From the NCBI GenBank assembly GCA_035937715.1, contig DASZHQ010000023.1:1-58707 (forward strand): a stretch of 58,707 nt of DNA. Reading direction: 5' to 3'. Under the pieces are notes generated by a model. That model was not told the origin of the DNA, made no database searches, and saw only the letters and a list, made by a program, of their open reading frames with translations. This DNA is from Steroidobacteraceae bacterium. GTDB taxonomy: Bacteria > Pseudomonadota > Gammaproteobacteria > Steroidobacterales > Steroidobacteraceae. Below are positions 47,715-58,568 of this stretch, in pieces. The translations under genes and the position numbers were made by a program. How positions within the stretch are numbered: the stretch's first letter is position 1; each line of letters starts with the position of its first letter.

Positions 47715-47815
47715 GTGGTGGCTGGCGATCGGAACACGAAATATACCGCACCGAGGATGCACAGCGCTGCCCACAGATAGTCGAGCCGCAGGGACTTGTG
47801 CCTGTACCGGCTCAT
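47711..47815 (-). CDS. Candidate 34-aa single-TM micro-protein (MSRYRHKSLRLDYLWAALCILGAVYFVFRSPATT)
   Basis: Hand-translated. GAAGGA precedes the ATG, and its TGA overlaps the HIT start (ATGA). It fills the HAD-HIT gap exactly. Confidence 0.35.
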   Translation of the reverse strand: MSRYRHKSLRLDYLWAALCILGAVYFVFRSPATT

Positions 47816-47824
47816 GGCGATCCT

Positions 47825-48421
47825 TCAGCAGTGGACCTCGAGGCTGCGCAAGGCGCTGAGCGTGTCGCGGTAGTCCCCGTGCACGATGCCGCGCCAGCCG
47901 CGCCCGCAGGCGGTAGCGATGTTGTCGGCGCGATCGTCGATGAACACCGTCGCGGTCGGCTCGAGCGCGAAGCGCCGCTCCGCCTCGGCATAGATACCGG
48001 CGTGCGGCTTCATTACCCCGGCGAGATACGAGGGCAACGCCCCGTGGCCGATGGCATGCAGGCGGTATTCGCGCGAGAGGTGCGCCCAGTGCAGATCGCC
48101 GATGTTCGACAGCAGGTAGACGCGGTAGCGCTCGCTCAGGCGGTGCGCCAGCTCGACCATCGCGGGCTGCAGCTCGAACACATCCTGCCAATGTGCCAGC
48201 GTCTCATCGAGAGACACCCGCTCGCGCGCCAGGCCCGCCAGTTGCTCGAGCAGTCCCTGCCCGGGAAGACGTCCGCACTCGTGCTCCACGAGGGCGATGC
48301 GCGCCATCACCGCCGCGCGGTCGCCGACGTCTGCGCCGTGCGCTTGCAGGAAGCCGAGCAGGCGGCGATAGTCGAGCCGCACCAGCACCCAGCCGATGTC
48401 GAACACGATGTTGCAGATCAT
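47825..48421 (-). CDS. HAD-superfamily hydrolase
   Basis: MICNIVFDIGWVL (DxG/DxD-like motif I), LLSN (motif II), K...FIDDR (motifs III/IV). ATGA overlap with the upstream decarboxylase stop. Confidence 0.82.
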   Translation of the reverse strand: MICNIVFDIGWVLVRLDYRRLLGFLQAHGADVGDRAAVMARIALVEHECGRLPGQGLLEQLAGLARERVSLDETLAHWQDVFELQPAMVELAHRLSERYRVYLLSNIGDLHWAHLSREYRLHAIGHGALPSYLAGVMKPHAGIYAEAERRFALEPTATVFIDDRADNIATACGRGWRGIVHGDYRDTLSALRSLEVHC

Positions 48422-49593
48422 GGCGGGAGCGAGCTGACCGAGCCGCTGTCCCCGGGGCGCAGGTTCACGCTCACGACCGTGGCCTTGGGGAAGAAGTTGA
48501 ACTCGGTCGCGCTCGCCCAGGTATAGGCGCCCATGGCCCGACCCACGACCAGGTCCCCGACCCGCAGCTGCGGCAGCATGAGGTTCTCGGCGACCACGTC
48601 GGTGCTGTCGCAAGTGGGCCCTGCGAGCACCGATGGCAGCCGCTGCGCGCCCTCCCGCAGCGGCTCCACGGGGTAACGCACGTGATCGAACAGCTGTCCG
48701 CTATAGGAGCCGTACAGCCCGTCATCGAGGTAGTACCACCAGTGCCCCTCGCGCTGCGCGCGGCCCATCACCGAAGCGACACCAATGGCTGCGGGGCCGA
48801 CGACGTAGCGGCCCGGCTCGGCGATCACGCGCACGCGCCTGGGGACCTTGGCGATCGCCGCGCGCAGCGGCGCGCAGAAGCGGCCGATGTCCTGCACCGG
48901 CTGCGCGTAATCGATAGGGAAGCCGCCGCCGATGTCGAGCGTGTCGAAGGAGCCGAGCCGCTCACGGCGCCCGGCGGCCATCAGCTTCGCGCACGCCCGC
49001 AGCGCCTCGACATGCTTGGTGGCGTCCGGCGTCTGCGAGCCGGCATGGAAAGACAGGCCGCGCACCTCGATCCCGAGGTCCGCGGCCTGCCGCGCGAGCG
49101 GCAGCACGTCTTCCGGATCGCAGCCGAACTTGCGCGAAAGGTCGACCATCGCACCGGGGTTGCGGAACGAAACGCGCAGCAGCAGCTGCGCCTGCTCCGC
49201 GAGGCGCGCGAACTTGCGCACCTCGTCGGGATTGTCGGCGACGAAGAGGCGCACGCCGAACTGCAGTGCGTTGCCGATGTCCTCGGGGCGCTTGATCGGA
49301 TGCGTGTGAATACAGCGCTCCGGCGCCACTGCGAGGCGCCGCGCCAGCTGCACCTCACCGCTCGTGGCGAGATCGAGAAACCCGCCCTCCGCGATCACCG
49401 TCTGCATCACCGCCGCATGCGGCATGGACTTCAGTGCATAGTGCAGATCCACCCGCGGCAGCGCCTTCTTCAGCTTGCGCCACTGCACGCGCACGCGCTC
49501 GCAGTCGAGAATCACCAGCGGGGAGCCGAACTCCCGGACGAGGCGGCGGACTTCGGCAGGCTGAAACGGGTCGATGAATCGCGGGCGGCGCAC
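48418..49593 (-). CDS. Type III (alanine racemase fold) PLP-dependent decarboxylase of the Orn/Lys/DAP/Arg family
   Basis: HYALKSMP PLP-Lys region, a GGGFP phosphate-binding loop, and a C-terminal CDS..D motif. Start placed at the GTG 8 nt after the tsaC stop. Confidence 0.86.
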   Translation of the reverse strand: MRRPRFIDPFQPAEVRRLVREFGSPLVILDCERVRVQWRKLKKALPRVDLHYALKSMPHAAVMQTVIAEGGFLDLATSGEVQLARRLAVAPERCIHTHPIKRPEDIGNALQFGVRLFVADNPDEVRKFARLAEQAQLLLRVSFRNPGAMVDLSRKFGCDPEDVLPLARQAADLGIEVRGLSFHAGSQTPDATKHVEALRACAKLMAAGRRERLGSFDTLDIGGGFPIDYAQPVQDIGRFCAPLRAAIAKVPRRVRVIAEPGRYVVGPAAIGVASVMGRAQREGHWWYYLDDGLYGSYSGQLFDHVRYPVEPLREGAQRLPSVLAGPTCDSTDVVAENLMLPQLRVGDLVVGRAMGAYTWASATEFNFFPKATVVSVNLRPGDSGSVSSLPP

Positions 49594-49601
49594 CGCGGCG
49601 T

Positions 49602-50621
49602 CTAGGGCAGGACGGCCATGGCGCCGGTGCCATCGTCGCTCTCCGCCACGCTGCTCGCGCCGCGCCGCAGGCGGTCGCGGACGGCGTCCCACGGATCGCC
49701 TTCGGGCGCATCCTGCACCAGGATGCGCTGACAGCCCGCCTTGTCGAGCGTGCGCAGGTTCGTATACAGATCGCGCCCGTAGCTATCAGGGCGGCGCCCG
49801 GCATTGATCCAGGTGACGTACTTATGAGCGCGCAGCGGCAGGCGCTGCGCCAGCACGGCGATGCGCCGGCCTCCGGCAGAGGCGGCATCCGCCTGTGCGT
49901 CGATCTCTCCGGCCGGTACGATAGTCATGGGAGTGCTCGGCGCATAGTGCGTCGCGGCGCTCCCGGGCACTCTCGGGGAATCGCGCTCCGCGCCCACCAG
50001 CAGCTCGCCCACCAGCGCGCGGATCTGAGCGGCCGTGACGCTCCCCGGGCGCAGCAGCCGCACGCTCCCCTCCTCGAACGCTACGATCGTCGATTCGAGG
50101 CCGATCTGGCACTCCCCGCCGTCGAGGATCACGCGCACCGCGTCGCCGAGCTCCTCGCGCACGTGCTCGGCACGCGTCGGGGAGAGTCTCCCGAAGCGAT
50201 TGGCGGAGGGTGCCGCGATGCCGCCGCCGAAGGCGGTGAGCAATTGTTGCGCCATCGGGTGCGCGGGCACGCGCACCGCGATGGTGTCCTGGCCGCCGGT
50301 GATGACGTCGTGCACGGTGGCAGCCCGGGGCATGACCATCGTGAGAGCCCCCGGCCAGAACGCCTCCGCGAGGCGCGTGGCGGCTTCCGGCACCTCACGC
50401 ACCCAGCGGTGCAGGAAGCGCGGGCTGTCCAGGTGCACGATCACCGGATGGTTCGGCGGACGCCGCTTGGCCGCAAAGATTTTCTGCACGGCCGCCGGAT
50501 TCTGCGCATTCGCGCCGAGGCCGTAGACGGTCTCGGTCGGAAACGCCACCAGCTCGCCGTCGCGCAGCGCCTGCACGGCGGTCTCGATCTCGACCTGCGT
50601 CGCTCTGACAACTCGCACCAT
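49602..50621 (-). CDS. tsaC: L-threonylcarbamoyladenylate synthase (Sua5/YwlC-type TsaC with C-terminal Sua5 domain)
   Basis: AVQALRDGELVAFPTETVYGLGANA.N..AV.KIF.AK.RP..HP.IVH. Confidence 0.92.
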   Translation of the reverse strand: MVRVVRATQVEIETAVQALRDGELVAFPTETVYGLGANAQNPAAVQKIFAAKRRPPNHPVIVHLDSPRFLHRWVREVPEAATRLAEAFWPGALTMVMPRAATVHDVITGGQDTIAVRVPAHPMAQQLLTAFGGGIAAPSANRFGRLSPTRAEHVREELGDAVRVILDGGECQIGLESTIVAFEEGSVRLLRPGSVTAAQIRALVGELLVGAERDSPRVPGSAATHYAPSTPMTIVPAGEIDAQADAASAGGRRIAVLAQRLPLRAHKYVTWINAGRRPDSYGRDLYTNLRTLDKAGCQRILVQDAPEGDPWDAVRDRLRRGASSVAESDDGTGAMAVLP

Positions 50622-50824
50622 GATGCGATGGATTCTAGCAAGCGGCGGGCGGAGGCTCGCGCGTGTTGTGCGAAAGCATCACGTGTGTCACAACCTTGCT
50701 ACGCGAAGCAGAAGGCATGCGGGCTGGCGTGCTAGCGGGCGGCGTCGCACGACGCCGACGGGGGCGGGCCGGCGCGTGCGCCACAGCCTCGATCAGGCGC
50801 GCAGCGCGCGTGGGCCGCGCCGCC

Positions 50825-53788
50825 TCACTCGAGCACGCGCCGCACCCAGCCTCCCGCGGGCGTGCGCCGCAGCTCGTACGCCGGCCAGTAGTGCTTGTCG
50901 AGCTTCAAGGTGGTCACTTCGGGCGCATTGCTCCAGGTGAGTGTCTTCAGGCGCACCGAGGAGCGATCCGGACGGCCGGTCACGACCTTCAGGAAGGTGT
51001 CGATGTCCGGCGTGGGCACGCCGTCGACTTCCACGATGCGGCGGCCGGGATACAGGGCGTAGCGCGTGGCGGGGGAGCCATAGGCAAAATAGCCGACGTA
51101 CACGCCCACCGGCGCGATGCCCCGCTGCACGCTCATCGCGCGATGCGGTGCCTGTAGGGTGGCGCCCGCCCACTCCACCAGCCGATCGACATCCGTGCCG
51201 GGCAGTTCTGCGGTGGCGACATCGAGCGTCTGCTCGGACTGGCCGCGCCAGACCGTGACTTTCACTTGCGCCTTGTCGGCCGCGGCCTGCTCCACCTCGC
51301 GAAAACGCGTCACCACCTGAGCGTCGATCGCGAGCAGCAGATCGCCCTGCTGCAGGCTCTGCGTCGCCGCAGAGCCGCCCACCAGGCGCACCACGGTAAG
51401 CGCCGTGCGGCGCGTCGGCGTGTGCTGCGCGAGTCGCTGCGTCCAGGCATCCGACAGTCCGATCTGCCGCGCGGTCGCGAGCGGCAGCACCCCGAGCTCC
51501 ACCTCGAGGGAATGGAGCGGGCGGTCGGTGCGCACCCGATCGATCATGTCGGCCGCTACGTCGATCGGCACTCCGCGCGTGTCCTGGGCGAGCTCGCGCC
51601 CGTTCTCGTAGGCGAAGCTCGACCAGGTGCCGAGCACCTCGCCGCTCTTGTCGGTGAGCACTCCGTCGAATTCGGTGGGCGGATTGACCAGCTGCACGGT
51701 CTCGAGGTTGCTGTCGCGAAAGCGCATGGTGCGCGATAACGGCAGCTCGAGCGGCTCGATGCTCGCGATCTCGGTGCTGCGCGAGTGCATCTGGCTGTCG
51801 GCCCCGAGCCCCACCACCCACAGCCGCTCCCCGGGAGCGAGCGCGCGTGGGGTGAGCTTCGCGGATTTCACCGGCGTGCTGCCGATGAGCTGCGGATCGT
51901 AGGCCACGACCGCGAAGTTATGCAGCGGATGGATGTACACGACCCGGCCCGGAACCCGCACCGTGCCGGCAAAAGTCACCGTCACATTCCCGACCGCCAC
52001 CGGGACGGTGTTGCGGTCCACAACCACGAGGCCGCGCTGTGCATCCACGACCAGTCCCGTGCCGTGGTAGTTGCGCTCGGTGATGCCGGAGATCGAGTAC
52101 GGCATGTCGAACGTCACCATGGCGAGCGAGGGCGCGAGCGCGTTAAGGCGCGGGTCGCTGAAGTGCGGGAACGCGGTGGAGCTCGCCGCCAGCGCTTTCG
52201 GTGCCGGTCCCGCGGCGAGATCCCGGCAGTCCCACAACCCGCTGTGGTCGTCACGATCGCAGTGGTGCGCCGGGAACCACAGCCGGTCCATGCGGACGGA
52301 GCGCAGCTGGCGGTTGTTGGGATCGTCGATGGCCAGGTAGCGCACGGTGGCGTGATCGCCGTCGCCGAGCTGCGCGATGCCCTTCTCGAAATCCTTCAGC
52401 GTGTCGGTTTGCGTGCCATTGATAGTCAGCACGACGGCGCCGCGGGTGATGCCGGCCGCCCCGAACACGTAACCGGGGTTGGCGACGTACACCCCGCGCA
52501 CCGGCACGTTGAAGTGCCGCGCCTGCTGATAGGACAGAGCATGCACCACGGAGTCGCCGAACTCGGCGTAGGCGCTGGGGGTGATGGCGTGCAGATCACC
52601 CACGGGAAGCTTCGCGGACACGAGCTTGCCTCCGCGCTCGAGCTCCAGCTCCACCTGCCCGCCGACTGAGCCGTCGAGCACTTCCTCGAGCGGCTCGAAC
52701 TGCGTGAGATAGCGGCCGTTGACACGCAGCAGAATGTCCCCGGGCTGCAGCACGTTCTCGCTCGGGCTCCCCGGCAGTACCTCGGTCACCACCAGCATGC
52801 CGGTGTAGCGTGGAAAGGCCTTGCGCACCGCCGCCTCGGTGCCGGCATCGAGCCCGAGCCGCTCGAGCTCGTCGTAGGGCATGTAGTTGAATACCGTGAA
52901 CAGCGTGCCGCGCGTGACCGGCTTGCCCTGCTGCAGGAGGGTGAGCGCACGCCGCACCCGCCCGAGCGGCAGATAGAAGCTCGAGGCGGCCCCGTTCGCG
53001 CCGCCGGCGTTGAGCGCCACGACGCGCCCGCGGATGTCGATCACCGGAGAACCCGAGGAACCTCCGGAGGTTCCCGACGCCGCCTGCAGATAAAAGGTGT
53101 TGAAGTCGTTGTACTTGCCGACGCCGTACTCGGGCGCGTCGCGATCCAGCCGGGCGAGCGTGCCGGCGAGGATCGACAGCTGCTCCCCGGCATTGTTGCC
53201 GACCACGCGGATCTCACGGCCGATCTGCGCCCCTTCCGGGTACAGCGGCAGTGCCTTCGGTTTGATGAAGCGCAGCTTCTTCGTGTCATAGCGGTAGACG
53301 CCGAAGTCATGCACCGGATCGCGGTAGATCGGATACAACTGCACTTCCTCGCGATTGAGGAAAGTCGCTTCCGCGGTCACCGGTCCCGGAGTCACCACGT
53401 GGCGGTTGGTGAGGATCAGTCCGTGTTCCGCATCGACCACGAAGCCGGTCGCCTGCGCGCTCGTGTTCCACTCAGTGTCGAAGGCGCGCGTCGAATCGAC
53501 GTCGATCGACACGACGCTGCTGGAGATGCGCTCGAGGGTCTCCGCCCAATCGGGATTACCCTCGACGGCGGCCGCCTGCTGAGCGGCCTGGGAGGGCTGC
53601 GTCTCCGCCCCGGGCGGGGGCGGGTTCTCCTGGGGCGGTGGTGCGAGGGCCGGGGCCGGGGGTGCCGGTTGGGGCACGGCGGCGGCGGGCGTGCCCGGCG
53701 CCGGAGCGGGCGTGAGCGGACCCGCCGACGCGCCAAAAGAGGCGCACGACACCAGCAGGCACGCCCACAGCAGGCGCAGGGGTTGCAT
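50825..53788 (-). CDS. Large secreted trypsin-like serine protease with PDZ domains (Nma111/HtrA-like, duplicated architecture)
   Basis: Signal peptide, Pro-rich linker, catalytic His (ILTNRHVV) and Ser (GTSGGSSGSPVID) motifs. These are followed by PDZ-like segments and a second, degenerate protease-like half. 987 aa. Confidence 0.88.
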   Translation of the reverse strand: MQPLRLLWACLLVSCASFGASAGPLTPAPAPGTPAAAVPQPAPPAPALAPPPQENPPPPGAETQPSQAAQQAAAVEGNPDWAETLERISSSVVSIDVDSTRAFDTEWNTSAQATGFVVDAEHGLILTNRHVVTPGPVTAEATFLNREEVQLYPIYRDPVHDFGVYRYDTKKLRFIKPKALPLYPEGAQIGREIRVVGNNAGEQLSILAGTLARLDRDAPEYGVGKYNDFNTFYLQAASGTSGGSSGSPVIDIRGRVVALNAGGANGAASSFYLPLGRVRRALTLLQQGKPVTRGTLFTVFNYMPYDELERLGLDAGTEAAVRKAFPRYTGMLVVTEVLPGSPSENVLQPGDILLRVNGRYLTQFEPLEEVLDGSVGGQVELELERGGKLVSAKLPVGDLHAITPSAYAEFGDSVVHALSYQQARHFNVPVRGVYVANPGYVFGAAGITRGAVVLTINGTQTDTLKDFEKGIAQLGDGDHATVRYLAIDDPNNRQLRSVRMDRLWFPAHHCDRDDHSGLWDCRDLAAGPAPKALAASSTAFPHFSDPRLNALAPSLAMVTFDMPYSISGITERNYHGTGLVVDAQRGLVVVDRNTVPVAVGNVTVTFAGTVRVPGRVVYIHPLHNFAVVAYDPQLIGSTPVKSAKLTPRALAPGERLWVVGLGADSQMHSRSTEIASIEPLELPLSRTMRFRDSNLETVQLVNPPTEFDGVLTDKSGEVLGTWSSFAYENGRELAQDTRGVPIDVAADMIDRVRTDRPLHSLEVELGVLPLATARQIGLSDAWTQRLAQHTPTRRTALTVVRLVGGSAATQSLQQGDLLLAIDAQVVTRFREVEQAAADKAQVKVTVWRGQSEQTLDVATAELPGTDVDRLVEWAGATLQAPHRAMSVQRGIAPVGVYVGYFAYGSPATRYALYPGRRIVEVDGVPTPDIDTFLKVVTGRPDRSSVRLKTLTWSNAPEVTTLKLDKHYWPAYELRRTPAGGWVRRVLE

Positions 53789-53800
53789 CCGGTTCCTTAC

Positions 53801-54142
53801 CTAACGGCCGAGCAGCACCAGCAGCCACACGGCGGCCAGCAGCACAAAGGACATGAAGACCGCCGCAGAGCTGATGTCCTTGGCGAGCCCGGCGAGCGCA
53901 TGCCGCTCGAATCCAATTCGGTCCACGGTTGCCTCGATCGCGCTGTTGAGGAGCTCTACGGCGAGAATCAGCAGCACCGGCCCGATGAGCAGCGCCCGCT
54001 CGACGCCGCTGTGACCGAGCCACAGGCCCAGGGGTATGACGAGCGCTGCGAAGGCGAGTTCCTGGCGGAAGGCCGCCTCCTCGCGAAAAGCGCCCGCGAG
54101 CCCGCGCGCACTCGAGCCCACGGCACGCAGCACGCGAGTCAC
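53801..54142 (-). CDS. dgkA: Diacylglycerol kinase
   Basis: TRVLRAVGSSARGLAGAFREEAAFRQE...VELLNSAIE..VDRIG aligns with my recollection of E. coli DgkA. Start uncertain: GTG at 54142 or at 54133. Confidence 0.85.
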   Translation of the reverse strand: MTRVLRAVGSSARGLAGAFREEAAFRQELAFAALVIPLGLWLGHSGVERALLIGPVLLILAVELLNSAIEATVDRIGFERHALAGLAKDISSAAVFMSFVLLAAVWLLVLLGR

Positions 54143-54162
54143 TCCCCGGGGCTTGTAACGGT

Positions 54163-55641
54163 CTACGGCTGTGCCTTCGGCTGCCACGTGAGATCCAGTT
54201 GTCGGGCCGCCCGGACATCGTCGAGACGGCGCACCGGCATGGTATGCGGCGCGCTGGTCACGCGCGCGGGGTCCTGTTCGGCTTCCTTCTGAATCTGTGA
54301 CATAGCCGTCACAAACGCATCCAGCACCTCCTTGCTCTCGGTCTCGGTCGGCTCGATCAGCAGGCACTCCGGGACCAGCAGCGGGAAGTAGGTGGTCGGG
54401 GCATGGAAACCGTAGTCGAGCAGCCGCTTGGCGAAGTCCATCGCGCTCACGTTGTGCTCGCGCGCCTGGCGCCTGAGGGTCACGATGAACTCGTGGCTCG
54501 CGCGGCGCTGCGGATAGGCGGCGTCGAAACCCGCATCCTGCAGGCGCTTGAGGAGGTAATTGGCATTGAGCGTGGCGAATTCGCCCACCCGCCGCATGCC
54601 TTCGCGCCCGAGCAGGCGCATGTAGATGTAGGCGCGTAGCAGCACGCCGGCGTTACCCATGAATGCCGACAAGCGGCCGATGGACTGCGGCAGATCGGCT
54701 TCGGTCAGCCAGCGATAACGCTCCCCGTCCCTGCCGACCACGGGGATCGGCATAAAGGGCATGAGGCGCGCGCTCACCCCGACCGCACCGGCCCCCGGCC
54801 CGCCGCCGCCGTGCGGGGTGGAGAAGGTCTTATGCAGGTTCATGTGCATGACGTCGAAGCCCATGTCTCCGGGACGCACCTTGCCGAGGATGGCGTTCAG
54901 GTTCGCGCCATCGTAATAGAGCAGCCCGCCGGCATCGTGCACCACGCGGGCGATCTCCACGATGCCACGCTCGAACACCCCGAGCGTGGAGGGGTTGGTC
55001 AGCATGATGCCGGCGGTGTTGGGACCGACCGCGCGTCGCAGCGCCTCGAGGTCCACGTCCCCCTGGCGGTCCACCGGGATCTCGCGCACCACGCAACCGC
55101 ACATGGTGGCGGTCGCGGGGTTGGTACCGTGCGCCGCCTCCGGCACGATGATCTCGTTGCGCCCGAGGTCACCGCGCGCGCGGTGATAGGCGCGGATCAT
55201 GGCGACACCGGCAAATTCGCCGTGAGCGCCGGCCATGGGGCTGAGTGCAACGCCTTCCATGCCCGTGAGGGCCTTCAGCATCTCCTGCAGCTCGTACAGA
55301 CAGGCGAGAAACCCCTGGCCCTGCGCTTCCGGCGCGAGCGGATGGCGCGCCAGGAATTCCGGCAGCATGGCGTACTGGTTACACGCCTTGGGGTTGTACT
55401 TCATCGTGCAGGAGCCGAGCGGATAGAAGTGCGTGTCGATGGAGAAGTTCAGCTGCGACAGGCGGGTGAAATGGCGCACCGCCTCGAGCTCGCCCACTTC
55501 GGGCAGCTGCGCCCGGCGCCCGCGGCGCAGCGACGCCGGCAGATCCGCCAGCGCCGCCTCGCCCGGATCGTGCGGCCACTGGTCGCTCGCCCCGCGCCCG
55601 GGACGCGAGTATTCGAATATCACGGGCTCATGCACGTTCAT
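54163..55641 (-). CDS. gcvPB: Glycine dehydrogenase (decarboxylating) subunit 2
   Basis: Typical GcvPB sequence, including [16 protein letters not shown] (PLP-Lys). Confidence 0.95.
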   Translation of the reverse strand: MNVHEPVIFEYSRPGRGASDQWPHDPGEAALADLPASLRRGRRAQLPEVGELEAVRHFTRLSQLNFSIDTHFYPLGSCTMKYNPKACNQYAMLPEFLARHPLAPEAQGQGFLACLYELQEMLKALTGMEGVALSPMAGAHGEFAGVAMIRAYHRARGDLGRNEIIVPEAAHGTNPATATMCGCVVREIPVDRQGDVDLEALRRAVGPNTAGIMLTNPSTLGVFERGIVEIARVVHDAGGLLYYDGANLNAILGKVRPGDMGFDVMHMNLHKTFSTPHGGGGPGAGAVGVSARLMPFMPIPVVGRDGERYRWLTEADLPQSIGRLSAFMGNAGVLLRAYIYMRLLGREGMRRVGEFATLNANYLLKRLQDAGFDAAYPQRRASHEFIVTLRRQAREHNVSAMDFAKRLLDYGFHAPTTYFPLLVPECLLIEPTETESKEVLDAFVTAMSQIQKEAEQDPARVTSAPHTMPVRRLDDVRAARQLDLTWQPKAQP

Positions 55642-57014
55642 GCGACTCTTTTCGCCGCCTGCAGGGCATCGCTCAGGTGCGTGCGATAGCGGTCGAGGTC
55701 GGCGGCGGACTTGGTCTCAGTGGCGCACACCAGCAGCGCGTTGCCGAGCTCGGGGTAGTATGCGCACAGGTCGAGGCCGCCGAGAATGCCGCCGCGCGCT
55801 AGCGCCTTGAGCACCGGCGCCACCGGACGATCAAGCTGCAGCACCACCTCGTGAAAATACGGGCCGGTGAACGCCAGACGCACGCCCGGCACGTGCGTAA
55901 GTGCCGAAACGAGCTCGCGGGTGCGCGCGTGCGCGGCGGCCGCCGTGCGCTCCAGTCCCTGCGGCCCCATGAGCGACATGTAGATGGTCGCGGCCGTGAC
56001 CGCCAGACCCTGGTTGGTGCAGATGTTGGAGGTCGCCTTGGCGCGGCGGATGTGCTGCTCGCGCGCCTGCAGTGTGAGGGTGAAGCCCTCGCGGCCGGCG
56101 CTATCGAGCGTGCGCCCGACGATCCGGCCGGGCATCTGCCGCACGTGTTCCAGGCGCGTCGTCATGAAGCCGAAGTAGGGGCCGCCGGAAGACAGCGGCA
56201 CCCCGAGCGGCTGGCCTTCGCCGACCGCGATGTCCGCGCCACGCGCGCCCCATTCTCCGGGGGGCTTCAGCAGCGCCAGCGAAGTCGGGTTGACCACGGC
56301 GACCGCCAAGGCCCCGCGCGCGTGCGCCCAGTCGGTCAGCGCATCCACATCCTCCAGGCGGCCGAAGAAGTTCGGCTGCTGGATCACGATGGCCGTGATG
56401 TCCTGGCCGTCGTACTTGGCGAGGGAGGCGGCCGGGGTAATGCCTTCCCCGGTGCAGTACGGCAGCTCGTCGAACTTAAGTCCCTGGTTGCTGGCGGTGG
56501 TGGCGGCCACCTTGCGGTAGTGCGGATGCATGGTCGTCGGCACGAGAATACGCGCCGACTTCGACTTGCGGTTGGCGCGCACCGCCATGAGCGCAGCTTC
56601 CGCCGTGGCGGAGGCGCCGTCGTACATCGAGGCGTTGGAGACTTGCATGCCGGTGAGGCGCGCGATCATGGTCTGAAACTCGTAGATCAGCTGCAGCGTC
56701 CCCTGGCTGGCCTCCGCCTGGTAGGGCGTGTACGCGCTGTAGAACTCCCCGCGCGAGGCGATGGCCCACACCGCCGCCGGAATGTGATGCTCGTAGGCGC
56801 CGGCGCCGAGAAAGGAGAGCGCCGTGCCATCGGCGCGCGCGCGCTCGCTCATGAGGCGTCCGATCTGCATCTCATTGAGCTGCTCTGGCACGCCGGCGAG
56901 CGCGCCGACGCGCAGGCCCGGCGGGATCTCATCGAAGAGATCCTCGATACTGCGGGCGCCGATGGCGGCGAGCATCGCCGCGACGTCGGTCTCGGTGTGA
57001 GGAATGAAGGCCAT
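55638..57014 (-). CDS. gcvPA: Glycine dehydrogenase (decarboxylating) subunit 1
   Basis: [29 protein letters not shown]. Start overlaps the gcvH stop (TGATG). The 76-codon extension in the track is rejected. Confidence 0.95.
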   Translation of the reverse strand: MAFIPHTETDVAAMLAAIGARSIEDLFDEIPPGLRVGALAGVPEQLNEMQIGRLMSERARADGTALSFLGAGAYEHHIPAAVWAIASRGEFYSAYTPYQAEASQGTLQLIYEFQTMIARLTGMQVSNASMYDGASATAEAALMAVRANRKSKSARILVPTTMHPHYRKVAATTASNQGLKFDELPYCTGEGITPAASLAKYDGQDITAIVIQQPNFFGRLEDVDALTDWAHARGALAVAVVNPTSLALLKPPGEWGARGADIAVGEGQPLGVPLSSGGPYFGFMTTRLEHVRQMPGRIVGRTLDSAGREGFTLTLQAREQHIRRAKATSNICTNQGLAVTAATIYMSLMGPQGLERTAAAAHARTRELVSALTHVPGVRLAFTGPYFHEVVLQLDRPVAPVLKALARGGILGGLDLCAYYPELGNALLVCATETKSAADLDRYRTHLSDALQAAKRVA

Positions 57015-57412
57015 CAGCCAACCTCCGCGTCCAGCAGCTTCTGATAATCGGCCGCCGACATCAGCGCCGCCGCGGCGAGCGCGCCCGCTGCAGGTCGCAG
57101 CCGCATCAGCCAGCCCTCCCCGTACGGCGCAGCGTTCACCGTCTCGGGGGCGGCGCCGAGGCGGGCATTTCCTTCCGTGATCTCTCCGCTGAGCGGCGCG
57201 TACACGTCCGAGGCGGCCTTTACCGACTCCACCACCGCGCACGGCTCACCTGCGCGCACCGCGCGCCCGGGCTCGGGCAGTTCCACGAACACCAAGTCGC
57301 CGAGCGCGTGCTGGGCGTGATCGGTGATGCCGATCTCGACCCTGCCGTCGCCGAGCGTGCGCACCCATTCGTGGGACTTGGTGTACCTGAGATCCGGCGG
57401 AACATTGCTCAT
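57014..57412 (-). CDS. gcvH: Glycine cleavage system H protein
   Basis: YTKSHEWV......GITDHAQ..LGD.VFVELP..G......[10 protein letters not shown] (lipoyl-Lys motif). Confidence 0.95.
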   Translation of the reverse strand: MSNVPPDLRYTKSHEWVRTLGDGRVEIGITDHAQHALGDLVFVELPEPGRAVRAGEPCAVVESVKAASDVYAPLSGEITEGNARLGAAPETVNAAPYGEGWLMRLRPAAGALAAAALMSAADYQKLLDAEVG

Positions 57413-58515
57413 GGAAGATCCTTCGCTTGACTCACCAGGGGTTTGCCGGCGCGCACGAACGGCGGCTTCACAACGCGCGCGTGCAGCAGCTTGCCGCGAA
57501 TGTCCACCTGCACCCTGTCGGCGGCGGCGGACGGGACACGCGCGAAGGCGATGGAGCGCTCGAGCGTCGGGGAGAAGGTGCCGCTGGTGATCTCGCCCTC
57601 ACCGACGCCGGGGCTGAGCACTTTCTGGTGGCTGCGCAGCACGCCGCGATCTTCGAGCAACAGCCCGACGAGCTTACGCGCGGAGCCGCGCCTCGCGATG
57701 ACCTCGAGCGCGTCGCGGCCGATGAACGGGCGCTCGCGCGGCTCGAGCGCCACCGTCCAGCCGAGACCTGACTCGAAGGGATGCGTGCTCTCGTCCATAT
57801 CGTTGCCGTACAGGTTCATGCCGGCTTCCAGCCGCAGCGTGTCGCGCGCGCCGAGCCCGCAGGAGGCAACCCCGAGCGAGTTGAGCTTGCGCCACGCGGG
57901 AACGGCGGTGGAGGCGGGCAGCATGATCTCGAAGCCGTCCTCGCCCGTGTAGCCGGTGCGGGCCACGAACCAGCCGCCGAACTCACGGGCGGCGAAGGCG
58001 GCGAGCCCGAGCGCGGCGTCCGCGTGCGCCGGCGGCAGCAGCTGCACCGCCTTCTCGCGCGCCTCGGGACCCTGGATCGCGAGCATGGCGAGGTCGCTGC
58101 GCTCCGTGACTTCGATGCCGTAGGCGTCACCGTGGCGGCGGATCCATGCCAGGTCCTTCTCACGGGTGCTGGCGTTCACCACCAGGCGATACCATGAATC
58201 TGAGAGGGAGTACGCAATGAGATCGTCAAGCACGCCGCCCGCATCGTTGAGCATGCAGCTGTAGAGCGCCCGGCCGGGCGTTTTGAGCTTCGCGACGTCG
58301 TTGGCCAGCAGGCGCTGCAGGAACACGCGCACGCGCGCGCCTCTCAGGTCGACGATCCCCATGTGCGAGACGTCGAACACGCCGGCTGCGCGCCGCACCG
58401 CGTGGTGCTCGCCGATCTGCGAGCCATACTGCACCGGCATGTCCCAGCCGCCGAAATCGACCATCCGGGCGTTGAGTTCCTGGTGCAGTCTGAACAGCGG
58501 CGTCTGTCGTCCCAC
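57409..58515 (-). CDS. gcvT: Glycine cleavage system aminomethyltransferase T
   Basis: [23 protein letters not shown] start at 58513-58515 is preceded by AGGAGA. Confidence 0.95.
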   Translation of the reverse strand: MGRQTPLFRLHQELNARMVDFGGWDMPVQYGSQIGEHHAVRRAAGVFDVSHMGIVDLRGARVRVFLQRLLANDVAKLKTPGRALYSCMLNDAGGVLDDLIAYSLSDSWYRLVVNASTREKDLAWIRRHGDAYGIEVTERSDLAMLAIQGPEAREKAVQLLPPAHADAALGLAAFAAREFGGWFVARTGYTGEDGFEIMLPASTAVPAWRKLNSLGVASCGLGARDTLRLEAGMNLYGNDMDESTHPFESGLGWTVALEPRERPFIGRDALEVIARRGSARKLVGLLLEDRGVLRSHQKVLSPGVGEGEITSGTFSPTLERSIAFARVPSAAADRVQVDIRGKLLHARVVKPPFVRAGKPLVSQAKDLP

Positions 58516-58534
58516 AGTTAGTCTCCTGCGCAGG

Positions 58535-58568
58535 CGCTTTCAGCCAATAAACGCTTTCAGCCAATAAA
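58535..58568. repeat. Perfect tandem duplication of a 17-mer (CGCTTTCAGCCAATAAA x2)
   Basis: Read directly: 58535..58551 equals 58552..58568. It lies in the gcvT leader between the terminator T-tract and the RBS. Confidence 0.9.
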
